Assembly (NCBI RefSeq): GCF_036321535.1
Contig: NC_087436.1
Coordinates: 77,130,001 to 77,194,000 of the forward strand
Direction: 5' to 3'
Length of the DNA: 64,000 bases
DNA from: Camelus dromedarius
Lineage: Eukaryota
Shown: positions 26,341-38,510 of the stretch, one piece after another
How the letters are laid out: each line of letters begins with the position of its first letter
Numbering within the stretch: position 1 is the stretch's first letter
Translations under genes and position numbers: made by a program
Notes under the pieces: generated by a model
Told to the model about the DNA's origin: nothing
The model's database searches: none
What the model saw: only the letters and a program-made list of their open reading frames with translations

Positions 26341-26847
26341 ATTAGTTAATTTAAGTTTTCATCACGTTGTGACCGTGTTTCAGGTTTCTCCAACTTTGTA
26401 TTATCAGCATTTTCATTAAGCAAAGGAACATGCTGAGGAATAAGTACAAGAAAAACATATTTATTTGAACAATAATGTTTGGGTACATAATTTATCTGAT
26501 ATATATGATTTTACATATATTTATAACTTGTTGAATTATGAATCTTTTCAAAAAGCTGAGAAGTGACGTTACTGACCTGACAAATAATACTCCTTATTTT
26601 TTAAATGGAAATAAGAAAGTGATTGTAATTAGGAAATGTTTATTCAACCTGGAAATTTCCTGGATGGGACAATAAATTTTAAAGTCAGTTTCTGAAAACT
26701 TAAGGTTAATAAAGATACTAAATATTTCCCTGTTCATCTCTAAAAAACAAGCAATCTAAGACAAGTTCAGTTTTCTTCTTTTACATGGTTGAGTGGGATG
26801 GAGAATGTATATGTTCAAATTCAAACAACTTTAAAACAATTTTCTGA

Positions 26848-29800
26848 GGGGTGGTTCAAGATGGCAGCATAGGATGTTGAAGACTCATCTCCTCCCATGG
26901 ATGCACCAGATCTACAGCTATGTTTGGAACAATTTTTCTGAAAAAAAAACATGAAAACTAACTGAATGGCTCCTTCCCAACAAAGGATAAAGGCCGTATC
27001 GAGAATGGTAGGAGAGGCAGAGACATCGTCTCACCAGACATTCCATACCCCCACCCCCAAACAGAAGGGATCTCACAAATATGGAGCTTCTGTCCAATGA
27101 GGGAGGGGTTCATGCCCCACATCAAGCACCTCAACCCCTGGGACCTGCACTGGAGAGAGGAGCCCCCAAAGGTCTGGCTTTGGAAACCAACAGGACTTAC
27201 ATCCAAGTGAACCAGAGGGCTAGAGGAAAAGGACATTTTGCTCCAAAAGGACTCACACACAGACTCACTCCCTCTGGGACCCCACAGAAAACCAACAGTT
27301 TGAAGAGCACATAGACCAAATGTGAATGAGATTAATTTGCTAATTTTAAAACATCTACTGGAGGGGCAGGAGCCTGTTAGAGCTCTCTGGGAGTAGAGGT
27401 GATGGTGAGCACCATTTCTGTGTTCTCCATCTACCTTGTTAGCAACAGTGGGCATGCCCAGGCCCTGCACTCTTCTGCAGTCCCACCAAAGCTTGTGGGT
27501 GTGCCCCAGCCCTGTGCTCACCCATGGATCTGCTAAAGCCAGCAGGCATGCACTGGCCCTACACTCTCCGATTGGTCTGCTAAAGGGCACATGGTCCACA
27601 CAGCTGATACCCATTAATCACCTATCTCTGTTGACATCAGCTTGTGCATTTCTGGACCCCACAGAACTGAAAACAGAGAGACAATTCTTGACAGGCTGTC
27701 ACACCCACAGCTTTGCACATACAGTAGACTGAAATACACCCCCAGTCATCTTGTGAAAAAAGACCTATTTACTTGTCCTGAAGCTTCAACCTGAGGAGCA
27801 GGCTGCAGGTTTACCACACATCTAGAAGCTACAGAGATGCTGTCAGTGTACGCAGGCCAGGGAGAACTGTGTTTGCACTCACTTGGCCTTGCCAGTGCTT
27901 CCCAGAAAGGAGCTTACACACTTGTCTGGATCCCTGATTTTTGCAACTTTCACCAAGGGGACACCTCAAGATTATGTGGCCGGAGGCCAGCAGGGTTTAT
28001 GATTGGGGTCCCACAGGACTATATATATATATATGTGTATAGTTTAAAAGCTCCTGCCTGAGAGTCAGGATTCCCATCAGCCTGAAACTAGGTACTAACT
28101 GAGATCCCTCCCTCTGGAACTCTGACAGGTCTTGGCACACCCTCAATAACTGGGACCTATCAAGAATAAATCATGCTGCTTAAACAATCACAAAGGTTCA
28201 CAAGACAAACAAGAGCTAGGGCAAGGTTGAGTGATAAGATTCATCTCTTACATAAGGCCACTCCTTCAAACCTGGGAGAGGGAGCTGTTTTGCCCAGTAC
28301 AGAAAACAAACACAGAGAGTCAAGCAAGTGAGGAAACAGAAGAATATATTCTAAATGAAAAAACAAGATAAAACTGCAAAAAAACCTTAATGAAATGCAG
28401 ATAAATAATTTCTCTCATAAATAATTCAAAGTGTTGATCATGAAGATGAGAGCTTCAGCAAAGAGATAGAAAATACAAGAAAGCAGAAACTGCAATTGAA
28501 TAAGAATATAATAACTGAACTGAAAAATACACTAGAGTTCAGAGTAGCAAAATGAAAAAAAAATTAACAAGTGAAGGTAGCTTACACTGAAAAATGTAAC
28601 AGATTGATGAAAGAAATCGAGAAAGACAGAAAAATGGGATAATACTCTGTGCTTATAGATTGGAAGAATTAATGTTGTTAAAATTTCCCTATTATCGGTA
28701 GCTCATAGCAAAAAAAAAAGGTGACAATGAATATATATATGTTCACGCATAACTGAAAAGTTGTGCCCTATACTGGAATTTGACACAACATTGTAAAATG
28801 ACTATAACTCAATAAAAAATGTTTTAAAATAAAATAAAATAAAATATTACCCAAATAAAAAGAATTTAAAAACAAAGAAAAAAAAAAGACAAGTGGATAA
28901 AAAAAAATTCCCTATTATCTAAAGCGATCTACAGATTCAGTGCAATCCCTACCAAAATTCCAATGGCATTTTTCAAAGAAATATAACAGATAAACCTAAA
29001 ATGTATGTAGAACCACAAATAATCCCAAGTAGCCAAAGCAATCTTGAGAAGGAAGAACAAAGCTGGAGGCATCACACTTCCTGATTTCAAACTATTTTAC
29101 AGACCTGTAGCAATCAAAGCGGAATTGTAGTGGCATTAAAACAGACACATAGATTACTGTAAGAGAATAGAGAGCCCCAAAATAAACCTGTACATACACA
29201 GTCAATTAATTTCCAACAGAAGAGTCAAGAATGGGGAAAGGATAGTCTTTTTAGTAAGTGGTGCTGGGAAAACTGGACAGCCACCTGAAAAGGGGGGAAT
29301 TAGTCTACTACCTTACATTATGCACAAAAATCAACTCAAAATGGATAAAAGATTTGAACATAAGAACTGAAACCATCAAACTCCTAGAAGGAAATATAGA
29401 TGGCAAGCTCCTAGACATTGGTCTTGGCAATGATTTTTTTTTTTTTTTGTATTTGACACCAAAAGCAAAGGCAACAAAAGCAAAAATGAACAGGTAGGAC
29501 TCCATCAAACTAAAAAGTTCTACACAAAAAACAAAACAAAAACAAAAAAATAAAAATTCTGCACAGCAAAAGAAGCCATCAACAAAATGGAAAGACAAGG
29601 GTACAGAGTAGAAGATGATATTTGCAAATCATATATCCAACAAAGGATTAATATCTAAGCAATATAAAAAAACTCATACAACTCAACAACAGAAAAACAA
29701 ACAACTTGATTAATAATATGGTCATAGGATCTGAATAGACATTTTTCCAAAGAAGACATACTGATGGCCAACAGGCACATGAAAAGGTGTTTCCCTTTAC

Positions 29801-30717
29801 TAATTATCAGGGAAATGCAAATCAAAACTATAATATCGCCTCACACCAGTTAGAATAGTTATTATCAAAAAGACAAGAAATGACAAGTGCTGGTGAGGAT
29901 GTGGAGAGAAGGAAACTCATGCACCGTTGGTAGGAATGCAAATTGGTGCAGCCATTATAGAAAACAGCATGTAAGTTCCTCAAAAATTAAAAATAGAACT
30001 ACCACATGATCCAGCGATTTTACTTCTGAATGTTTATCCAAAGAAAACAAAAACAGTATTTCCAAAAGATATAGCACTCCATGTTCATGGCAGCATTATT
30101 TACAATAGCCCAGATATGGAAACATCTTAAGGGCACATCAATGGATAAATGGATAAAGATGTGATAGAGAGAGAGGAATTCTTTTCAGCCATAAAAATGA
30201 ATGAAATCTTACCATTTGTGACAACATGGATGGACTTTGAGAGTATTATGCCAAGTGAAATAAGTCAGAGAAAGACAAATACGGTATGATTTCGCTTACA
30301 TGATCTAAAACACAGAACAAATGAACAGACAAAAGAAGACAAAATTAATAGATACAGATAACAGATTGGTGATTGCCAGAGGAGAGGGGAATTTGGGGGT
30401 GGATGAAATGAATGAAGGATGTCAAGAGGTACAAACGTCTACTTATAAAATAAAGTCACGAGGATACAATATACAGCATGTGGCAATATATAGCAGTTGA
30501 TAATATTACATTGCATATTTGAAAGCTGCTAAGAGAGTAAATCTTAAAAGTTCTTACCACAAGAAGAATGATTTTGTTACTTTACATTGTGACATATGGT
30601 AACGACTTATTGTGGTGATCATTTTGCAGTATATACAAATATTGAATCATTATGCTGTACACCTGACACTAATATATTGTTATATGTCTATTGTATTTCA
30701 ATTAAGAAGTAAAAAAA
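26848..30717 (+). mobile_element. L1 (L1MA9/10-like) with 5' UTR, partial ORF1, large internal deletion, 3' part of ORF2 and 3' UTR
   Basis: 5' end ggggtggttcaagatggc; ORF1 start ~28310; jump at ~28585 to late ORF2. ORF 29258-29497 contains YLTLCTKINSKWIKDLNIR. 3' UTR ends atttcaattaagaagtaaaaaaa. Degenerate TSD aaaacaattttctg / aaaaaaattcctg. Confidence 0.93.
28697..28902 (+). mobile_element. Young 5'-truncated L1 tail (camelid-like) nested in the older L1
   Basis: gtagctca...gacacaacattgtaaaatgactataactcaataaaaa plus an A-rich tail. TSD aaaa(t/a)ttccctattatc at 28680-28696 and 28903-28919. Confidence 0.88.
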
Positions 30718-30924
30718 TTCCTGCATTCACCATCAGTATACTATAATAACTATTTAAATATAGTTTTATATCATATAATGGAATGCAGGAAATGGGTCAG
30801 GTTAGAAGTATTTCACAGGATGCAAAAAAAAAAAATTGAGTGTGTAAGTCCATAGAATTGAGATTTGGTATATAAAGCAACAAAAAGAATGAGAATGTAA
30901 AGAATATATTTATAAATTGACCAC

Positions 30925-32648
30925 TCGTTTATTCCTCAATTCATTCAGCAATGTTGTTTGGTGATGAAACTATCTTTCTAGGTTTTGGGGATACGGAGAT
31001 GAGAAAGATAGACATGGTTCCTCTATTCATGGGGATTATATCTTAGTGAGGAAGACGGGTAATAAACAAGTAAACTAATCAATGTGAAATCCAGTTTTAT
31101 GTGGTAATTGATACTATGAAGAAATGAAGCAGAACAAGGTGATTGGGTTGACTTGAGATGGTGCAGTTTATATAGTGTGTTCAGGGAAAGCCATCAGAGG
31201 CTTGAAACAGAAAGAGGCAGCCCTGCAGATTTTCAGGAGGGTCCAGGTAGAGGAAACAAAGGCTGGGGGCTGGGGGCTTAGAGTAGCATGTGTGGGGGGG
31301 AGTGAGAAGGCCTGTGAGGCTGGAGCAGAGGGTGACAGAGGTAGTGAGAGGAGAGGGAAGCTAAAGAGGTATGCAGGTGCCTGTGTAGACTGGGACTTGG
31401 AGGCCATGTAAGGTCTTTGAGAGGCACTTAGCTTAGAGCTAAAACAGGTAGAGGTTGTGAACATACTGTATTTTTAAAAATCCCTCTGGCTGTTGTGTAG
31501 GGGGCAGATTATGGGGGGAAACAGAAGCAGGCAGAAAGCAGTTAGTGGGTACTGCAGTAGCCTATGCAAGAAATGATAGGAGCTTGTTCTGGGAGGTGGG
31601 GAAGTGTTGCACAATTAGATTTTTTTTTTTTTTTTTTGAAATAGAGGGACAAGATATACTGATGGATTTCATATGCAGTGTGAGTGAAAGAGAAGAATCA
31701 GCTGAGACACATAAATTATTTTTGGCCTGAGAAACTTGGTAAGTTTTTGGTGCCATTTGCTGAGATGAGGAGACAAGGCAGTCTGAGAAAGTGGATGGTT
31801 GTTCTGGGGTATGAAGGGAATAAGGACATCTCTTGGACTTGTTAAAATTGAGATAGCTTCTGTCATCCAAGTGAACATGTTAGGTCACTTGGGGATGTGT
31901 AAGTTTTGATCTCAAGACAACGTCAGGCTTAGAGTTGTACATTTAGAAATGAATACAAATCATCAGTGAATATTGGTGTTTAAAGCTAATTTAGTGGGAA
32001 TGATTTAGGGCTGGAGGGAGAGAGATGGAAGGAAAGAGGGCAGCCACGGACAGAGTCCTAGACCACTTCAAAATTTAGATGTTGTTAAGGTACATGGCAG
32101 GCCAGCGTTTTAGGTAGTAAAAGAATTTACCAAAGATAAAGGAGGAGAATGGTAAAGGAGTTTATTAGGTTACGCTGCCATAAACAACAGTGGGCCACAC
32201 AGACGACAGGGGCCTGTGTGAGCACCAAGGGCCAGTTATTGGGGTTTATACCATATGGTTACAAGGTGCCTGATCAGCTTGTGCATAAGTCTCTCATTGG
32301 TTGTAGGTGAGGTAAGAAGTTTAGAGTCTGCGAAGGGGCGGTGGGTCTTATGAGTCTGATAAGGTGGACTGAAATGAGCCAGCCTGAGCTATTGTGAGAT
32401 TAGGCATTACCGAGGGCTATTAGTTTCTTAGGGCAAACATGCCCAGTAAAGAATATACTTTATCTGTTGAGGGATTGCAAGCAGATACCTGAGAGCCCAG
32501 GAATGAGGTTGCTGGACTTTGAAGGACGTCAGTTGGCCCCACAGACATTAGGAGAGGAGGAAGATCTAGCAAAGAGACTGAGAATAAGAGTCAGTGAGGC
32601 AGGGGGGAAACCAGAAGTGCTGTCCCAGAGGTCAGTTAAAGAAAGAGG
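30925..32648 (-). mobile_element. L2 3' portion, interrupted by an LTR at 32080-32547
   Basis: ttcattcagcaa terminus; aaaatccctctggctgttgtgtag; catccaagtgaacatgt; resumes after the LTR with gaggaagatctagcaaagagactgag. Confidence 0.85.
32080..32547 (-). mobile_element. Solo ERV LTR (family unassigned)
   Basis: TG...CA termini and near-TSD ttaga/ttagg. Minus-strand AATAAA (32161), TATAAA (~32246) and CCAAT (~32297) lie in LTR order. Confidence 0.8.
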
Positions 32649-33116
32649 TGTTGACTGAAATAAAAATGCACGACATGAGAGCTGTGAGTTCAGTTTTATT
32701 TGGGGACTTACTGAGCACTATAGCCTAGGAGACAGCCTCTCAGTAGCTCTGAGGAACTGCTCCAAAGATGTAAGGGGGGAGGTCAGCCTATGTGTGAAGG
32801 AGTACCTTTAGAGAACGGGTGCTTGCAATCAAGCACACATCTTGGTAGAAGGTTACTGCTAGTCACAAGGCACAGATGTCAATGATTTTAGTGGTTTTCT
32901 AAGTATAAGAAGATGCCCAAAATTGGGTTCACAAAATTTTCTCCTGAGAATACCTAGCTGTCTGAAGGCATATTCTGCTGGTTTTCCCAGAGCGGAGTGG
33001 CTCATTCTTGATCTCTGCTCTGAACTTCTTTCAGCATGTGTCGAAGGTCAGCGACTGCAGTGGCTAATGACTCAATCCTTGTAGAGCCAGATGGCGAGCG
33101 GCATCTTTAGTTGGCA
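32649..33116 (-). mobile_element. Solo ERV1 LTR, MER41-like (cetartiodactyl type)
   Basis: tgttgactgaaa...gagacagcctctcagtagctctgaggaactgctcc...ttagttggca. Near 4-bp TSD gagg/gaga. Confidence 0.85.
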
Positions 33117-33358
33117 GAGATTGCTAGACTCATAGTAGTCCCTGAGAGACCAAGTGGTCTGTTCTTTTAATGGATGAATTATGTAAAGCAAGACCCACAT
33201 AGTGCTCTAACAACGCTGTCCTTCCTCCTACAGCATCCATGGTAGGAGTAATAAGGGAGTTCTTGAATCTCCGGCTCCTAGAAAGATCCCACTGCCCCTA
33301 TTCCTTCTTTTTCCTTAACACTCAGAACTCCACTGACCATCACCATCTGTCTTGATAG

Positions 33359-33833
33359 TGTTGAAATGATAACTCATTGTCTTCCAACTTGGGTCTAGTG
33401 ATTGAGGACTTGCATATAAACTGAAAATAGATTAACAGGAGAAAAGAAGGTTCATTTGTGAATTCATGGGTATGGGGTATGTGGAGGGGTGTTCAGTGAT
33501 GAGTTATTCACTCAATAGCCAAAGATAAAAGGTTTATATACTAAACTTAACAAGAGTGGGGTGTTGGGTTAGCATTTCAATGGGAGAGTATGGAAAGTTT
33601 TTTTGGGCTTTTTGATGCTAATGGGAGTGAATAATCTATCTTCAGGGCAGCTGAATTCATAGGAAACTCCCTTGGAGGGTTTAAAGGTAGCTGTATTTTT
33701 GGGAGGCTCTACTTTAGATCAGATAGGTGAAGTTCAGATAAAATTTCTTTCTGCCTCTTCTATAGTTCAGATGTTTTCACTTTAAAATAATCTTTATACC
33801 AACTCATGGGGCCCAACTCATGGTTCTCCCACG
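33359..33833 (-). mobile_element. Solo ERV1 LTR, MER34/MER31-like
   Basis: agattaacaggagaaaa, ggtttatatac, ctttaaaataatctttatacca. Near 4-bp TSD atag/gtag. Confidence 0.75.
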
Positions 33834-33899
33834 GTAGCATCAAGATTAATCTCATGTTCTGTTTCACTGTTTGTCAGTTGTACGGATACTCAGGATTTC

Positions 33900-35204
33900 C
33901 AGGAGTCCTTATCTCCTGAAATTTCATTCCATGTGTGTGCCTCCTTTTCTGACTCTATCTTCCATTTCTTTCCAATCCCTTTCACTGTGTTCTCTGGAGC
34001 TCTTTTCTCATCACTCTCTTCACTGCCAACTGGCTCTTCCTCAAGGACACTATCTCCTTTGCAAAGCTCTTGAATGATGGTTTCATGCCTCTGGGGCTGC
34101 TGTTTCCAGAGAATTTTCCTTTGTTTTCCCCAATCTCCCAGCTTGGGAAGTCATGTCTTCAAACTATACCATGTACCACTCCTGCTTCTTAATGTTTTCT
34201 GCAGACTTCAGTTTAAGCTCCTGGGTTTGTCTTTTCAAACTGTTAAAAGGTAAACTGAAGTATACAAAAAATTTCAAGTTTTTGAGCAAAGAACGACTTT
34301 CATCAAGCAGCTCCGTATCAGAAAGTGGTGAGGAGGGCTCCACCAGCAGGAGCTTAGGGAAGGATTTTTACTGAGAAAAGGCAGGAGCAAAGCAAGGAAA
34401 TTATTATTAACCTCATCTTAAAGCCTAGCTAGTTGTCTGTAATTGGTTGTCCTTAGGTTTCAGTTTTGTAACTTTGAGGAATTTATGGCTTAGATTTTTG
34501 TTTGCTTACTTGTAAATATAGGCCTCCAAGACATTAGAGTCACCTCAGTCAAGTGGCCTGTTGTTTAAATAATTTAACAGTCCCTATGCCCATCATCATT
34601 TTGGGGATTCAGTAAGCATGGAGATAAGCCTTCTAGTCTGGCCACTCAGATCCTGGCTTTCTTCTCCCATGAGCTTGTACACCAACCAACTCTATCCATC
34701 TCATCCCACTGTCAGACCCTAGATCTTGCATTACTAATATCTGCAATCTCCTCATTGTCTCCATTTCATAACACTGCTGCTGACCTTTCCACAGCTCTCT
34801 CTTTAGTTCTCTAGATTTATTCTTTGACTCTCATGAGCCCTATAGCCTATTGTTCTGACACCTTTTAAAACTATCCCCTAAGTCTCCATTCTCCCATTTC
34901 CCTCCCAACTTAGTTTAGATTCCACAGTCCATCATTATAATTACTCCCTTGCAGACATTGTCAGCTCGCTTCTATTTTTCACTTTATTATTGTTGACTTG
35001 GCAAAACTCCAACTCTGGTTAAATCCAGCTCTCCTCTCCCTCCACACCTGCACTTGCAGACATGAACAAGGCTGGAGAAAACCCTGCAAAAATGACTGAT
35101 CTCATTTTCAATTCATGAGGACTAACCTGCTTGAACTGTTAGTGCTCCAGCAATCCTACTACATTTCCCTAGTGCATTTATTTAGTTCCTCACTTTCCCT
35201 AAGT
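33900..35204 (+). mobile_element. L2 ORF2 endonuclease-region fragment, split by the LTR at 34241-34579
   Basis: cccatcatcattttggggattc (PIIILG), cagaccctagatcttg (TLDL), ggcaaaactccaactctggttaaatcc, caaggctggagaaaa. Confidence 0.75.
34241..34579 (-). mobile_element. Solo ERV1 LTR, MER57-like
   Basis: 7-bp terminal inverted repeat tgttaaa...tttaaca; interrupts L2 sequence; no clear TSD. Confidence 0.7.
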
Positions 35205-36565
35205 CAGTGGTCTTCAGACATATTGTTCATTCACTCCTTAAAGGATTTTTTAAAAAAAATACATATTTCATGTATTTTTAAAGTTTATATCTAATATTTT
35301 TACTGTAATTTAAATTGTTATAAAGAATGTTACCCCTGGTATATTGTATGCCACCTTTTAAAATGTATCCAACAAGAACTAAATGCCATAGCAGATGATG
35401 TCCACTATTTAAAAACAGACAAGCTGTTCCATAACAATTCAAAATATTTATCACTAATATTTCTTCTTGACTTTAATTCCATTCCACTTACCCCACAGAA
35501 TTTTATTTTGTTCAAATGAATTTTTTCGGTGTGTTTGATAGCCTTTCATTTATTGCCCTATCTTATTTATCTGGAATAAAATGCATATAAATAAAAATTT
35601 AAAAATTCTTTATATTCTATGAGCATAGTCCTCTAGCCATTAAAATAGTTAATGAATTATTATCAGTACAAATATTTTTAGTAAGAAGCTTATCAAATAA
35701 AAAAATCTTGTATATATTTTGAAAAACAATATTAAGTCTAAAAATTAAAACAGTTACTGGAAATTCAGTGTCAAAAAGGACTGAGTTAATTTTTAAGCAC
35801 CAGTAAGTATGGGCACCCGGTGGTGAAATCATTTTGTGTCTGAATGCAGTAGTTGGGTATGAGTTGATTCTATTTCCTTGTATGTTTCATAGATTGAAAG
35901 TTTTACTCCTTGTCTTAATGTATTTATTATCATTTATTTACAAAATTTAAAATATCTTACTTAAAAAGACATCGGTATAGAGGATTGCCTTGGCAAAAAA
36001 AAAAGCTGTATTTTGGGGGGTAAGGGTGGGAATGGAGGGTGTTGATACAGTGATTTCACATAGAATTTCCAAAGAATTATACTTTATAAAGGGAATGTGC
36101 AGGAATAATTTCAGACAAGTCTTGATGTTTAAGGTGGTTTCTGATTCTTGTAATATGCTGTGTTAATTAGACTGCTGTGCCTAGTGTCAATGATCATAAT
36201 TCAAAATGATCATACATGTCTTTGAAAAGGTAGGGTTCCAGAAGAATGATCAGATGGGTATAAATTGTGATCTATAAGGAAAAACAATTGTAGGGCTTTG
36301 GTCTATTTAGTCTACCAAAATGAAAACTAAGGGATGGTATAACAATTTTACCTTGGTGAATATTTACTGCATTGAGTTGGATTATGTAAAAGTTGAAGTT
36401 AAGGTTGCCAGTTTATCGAAGTTTTTCTCTATTAAAAAAAGAAAGAATGAGACATGGGGACTTAAAGTGAAAAAATATAGATTTGAAAAATGTGGAAATC
36501 ATTTAAGAATTAGAAATGAAGTATACAAAGAAAACTTGGAGTTATCTTTTCTATCCCAAGCCTTT
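35205..36565. mobile_element. hAT-Charlie element (Charlie7-like), transposase remnant on the minus strand
   Basis: cagtggtcttca terminus; aaatgtatccaa; ttccattccactt-ccccacagaattttat matches recalled Charlie7. Minus strand gives LEILCE near 36055-36075. Confidence 0.7.
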
Positions 36566-36589
36566 TAAAGTACTCTCTGCATGAGGTTA

Positions 36590-36765
36590 ATATTTTTTTA
36601 AGGGATATAAGAATTACATAGTTAAATAAATTTGGGAGATGCTGAGTTAAAGAAAATCAAACTGATTTCTTTATCGCAAGATTTCTCAGGCCATTTAATA
36701 TGCTAACGTGCATAAGAAAGGCAGGTAAAATACTTTCATATTCTATAGAACACTCTGGGAAAACA
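36590..36765. mobile_element. MER103-like hAT-Charlie MITE
   Basis: aaataaatttgggagatgctgagttaaa...tttctttatcgcaagatttctcag...tttaatatgctaacgtgcat. Confidence 0.75.
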
Positions 36766-38374
36766 AATCAGACTTTAAATAAATGTTTCTATTGTTAATT
36801 GGTTTTTCCAACTGTTAGGTAAGACTAAGACACATTTCTGATCAAAAGAGCAAACATTTGCCACAGAATGATAAAGTAATGAATTATTTGTTATGAAAAC
36901 TGGTCTCTTAGGAATAATAGCATTGTAAACACACCTATTAATTAAAGAATTCAAACTAGATATTTTAGTGTTAAGTGGTCATGTAGATCTTATTGCAACA
37001 TCTTAAAGAGCTACATCACTTTAGTGCAATAAACTTGTTTGGTTCAGTAAAGTTAAAAACCACGTCTTGAAAAATCTTTATATTGGTACTAACTGAATTA
37101 GGTGGACACCTGGAACATTAACACGTTTTGGGAACCAAGTGACAAAAAGCTCACAGCCCATTGCCATAAAGCTAAAACATGTGTTCTGATTTATGCTGGA
37201 CAAGTATCTGCTAATAGTCATATCCAGTTTTTTTATGGTTATACCCAGCTGTAACAATTTAATGTGAACCTGGGCAGTACCTAGTTGATAAATTCTTTCC
37301 CTCATGTACTGGGGCATTTTTCCTTAAAAACAAATTAATACAAAGTTTTCATTGTGTTCTTTCTTCAAATAGTATCCTAATGTGTCCTTAGTGATTGTGT
37401 AGTACTCCAAAGATGAAAGTGTCTAAAGTGGATATTGTGAAGATGCTGCTGGTTGTTTACTGGATGGATTGCTTCAAAGAATTGGATTTTCAAGATACTA
37501 TATTCTAATCAAAATAAATTTTCAATTATAGTATGTGTAGAAAACCTCTGAAGTTCTGCTTTGTTCTCATTATTTATAGCTGAACTCAGTTTACAAAGAG
37601 TATGATGAAATACACATTTGTTCATGGAGTATTTTTTTAAATCACTCTATATTATTTTAGCTCATAAATTATCTAAACAAGTAAGTGCTATTATTAAACA
37701 TCCATTGATGGCCAGAAAGTCAATCATTATCTCTGGGAAAGTATCAAAATGCCTAAAAGACATATTTTTAGACTATTGGTCTCTTTAAGCCATGTAAGCA
37801 GAAATGGCAGGTTCAAAGACAATGACATTGTCATAGCAGACGGGAAAGCATAGTCATGGATACTTCTTAGGGGCAACACTTTGTTGAAAAAGCTTAGTGT
37901 CAGTAGAGGCAGCCAGCAGATGCTCTGAGGATTGCAGATCTGACTTGTAAAGACAAGTAGTCTAGATAAGGATGCAAGTACTTCACTGAAATGAAGATAC
38001 TCTTGTGAAGTTTATAGATGGTTATTTTTGAAAAATGTCCGTATGCCACAAAAAACAAAATAATTTGCAAAATGATCAATTACCACCAGTTAAATTCCCC
38101 CAAAGGCATAGCAAATAACATATTTTTAAGGTCTATGTGTATTAGTGAGCTATTGATTTTTTAAATTAACAAAATTGAAACTCACTGAACATACTGCACT
38201 CAGCTTAAGGCATTTTTAAAAACTCCATTGCAAGTGTAAATTCACCTATTTTACTGGCTTTGCAAAGTACATATGAAATAATTTTGTTAATATAAATTTT
38301 ATTTTGTTCGGAGGATTTTGATTACTGACTGTAGCTACTAAATGCGGATAAAATTTTAAAACTAGAAGGAAACG

Positions 38375-38510
38375 TAGAGACCTAGTCTTCATTTCCTTGT
38401 TTTATAGATTGAGGAAACTATGCCTGACCCTGAGGGCTTATAAGTGACTTGTTTAAAAATTTCATGCTAATTAGTAGCAGAGCTTGGGCTAAAATACAGG
38501 TGTTCCTACT
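38375..38510 (-). mobile_element. MIR remnant
   Basis: ttttatagattgaggaaact...taagtgacttg...gctaattagtagcagagcttgg. Confidence 0.7.

Noticed and set aside
26958..27614. Longest ORF in the track (218 aa, minus)
   Set aside because: It lies antisense within the GC-richer L1 5' UTR and has no recognisable domain. There is no evidence that it is an ORF0-like product.
37818..37832. Perfect palindrome gacaatg-a-cattgtc (paired SOX-like sites)
   Set aside because: A 7-bp-arm palindrome is expected by chance in 64 kb, and the spacing is not that of typical SoxE dimer sites.
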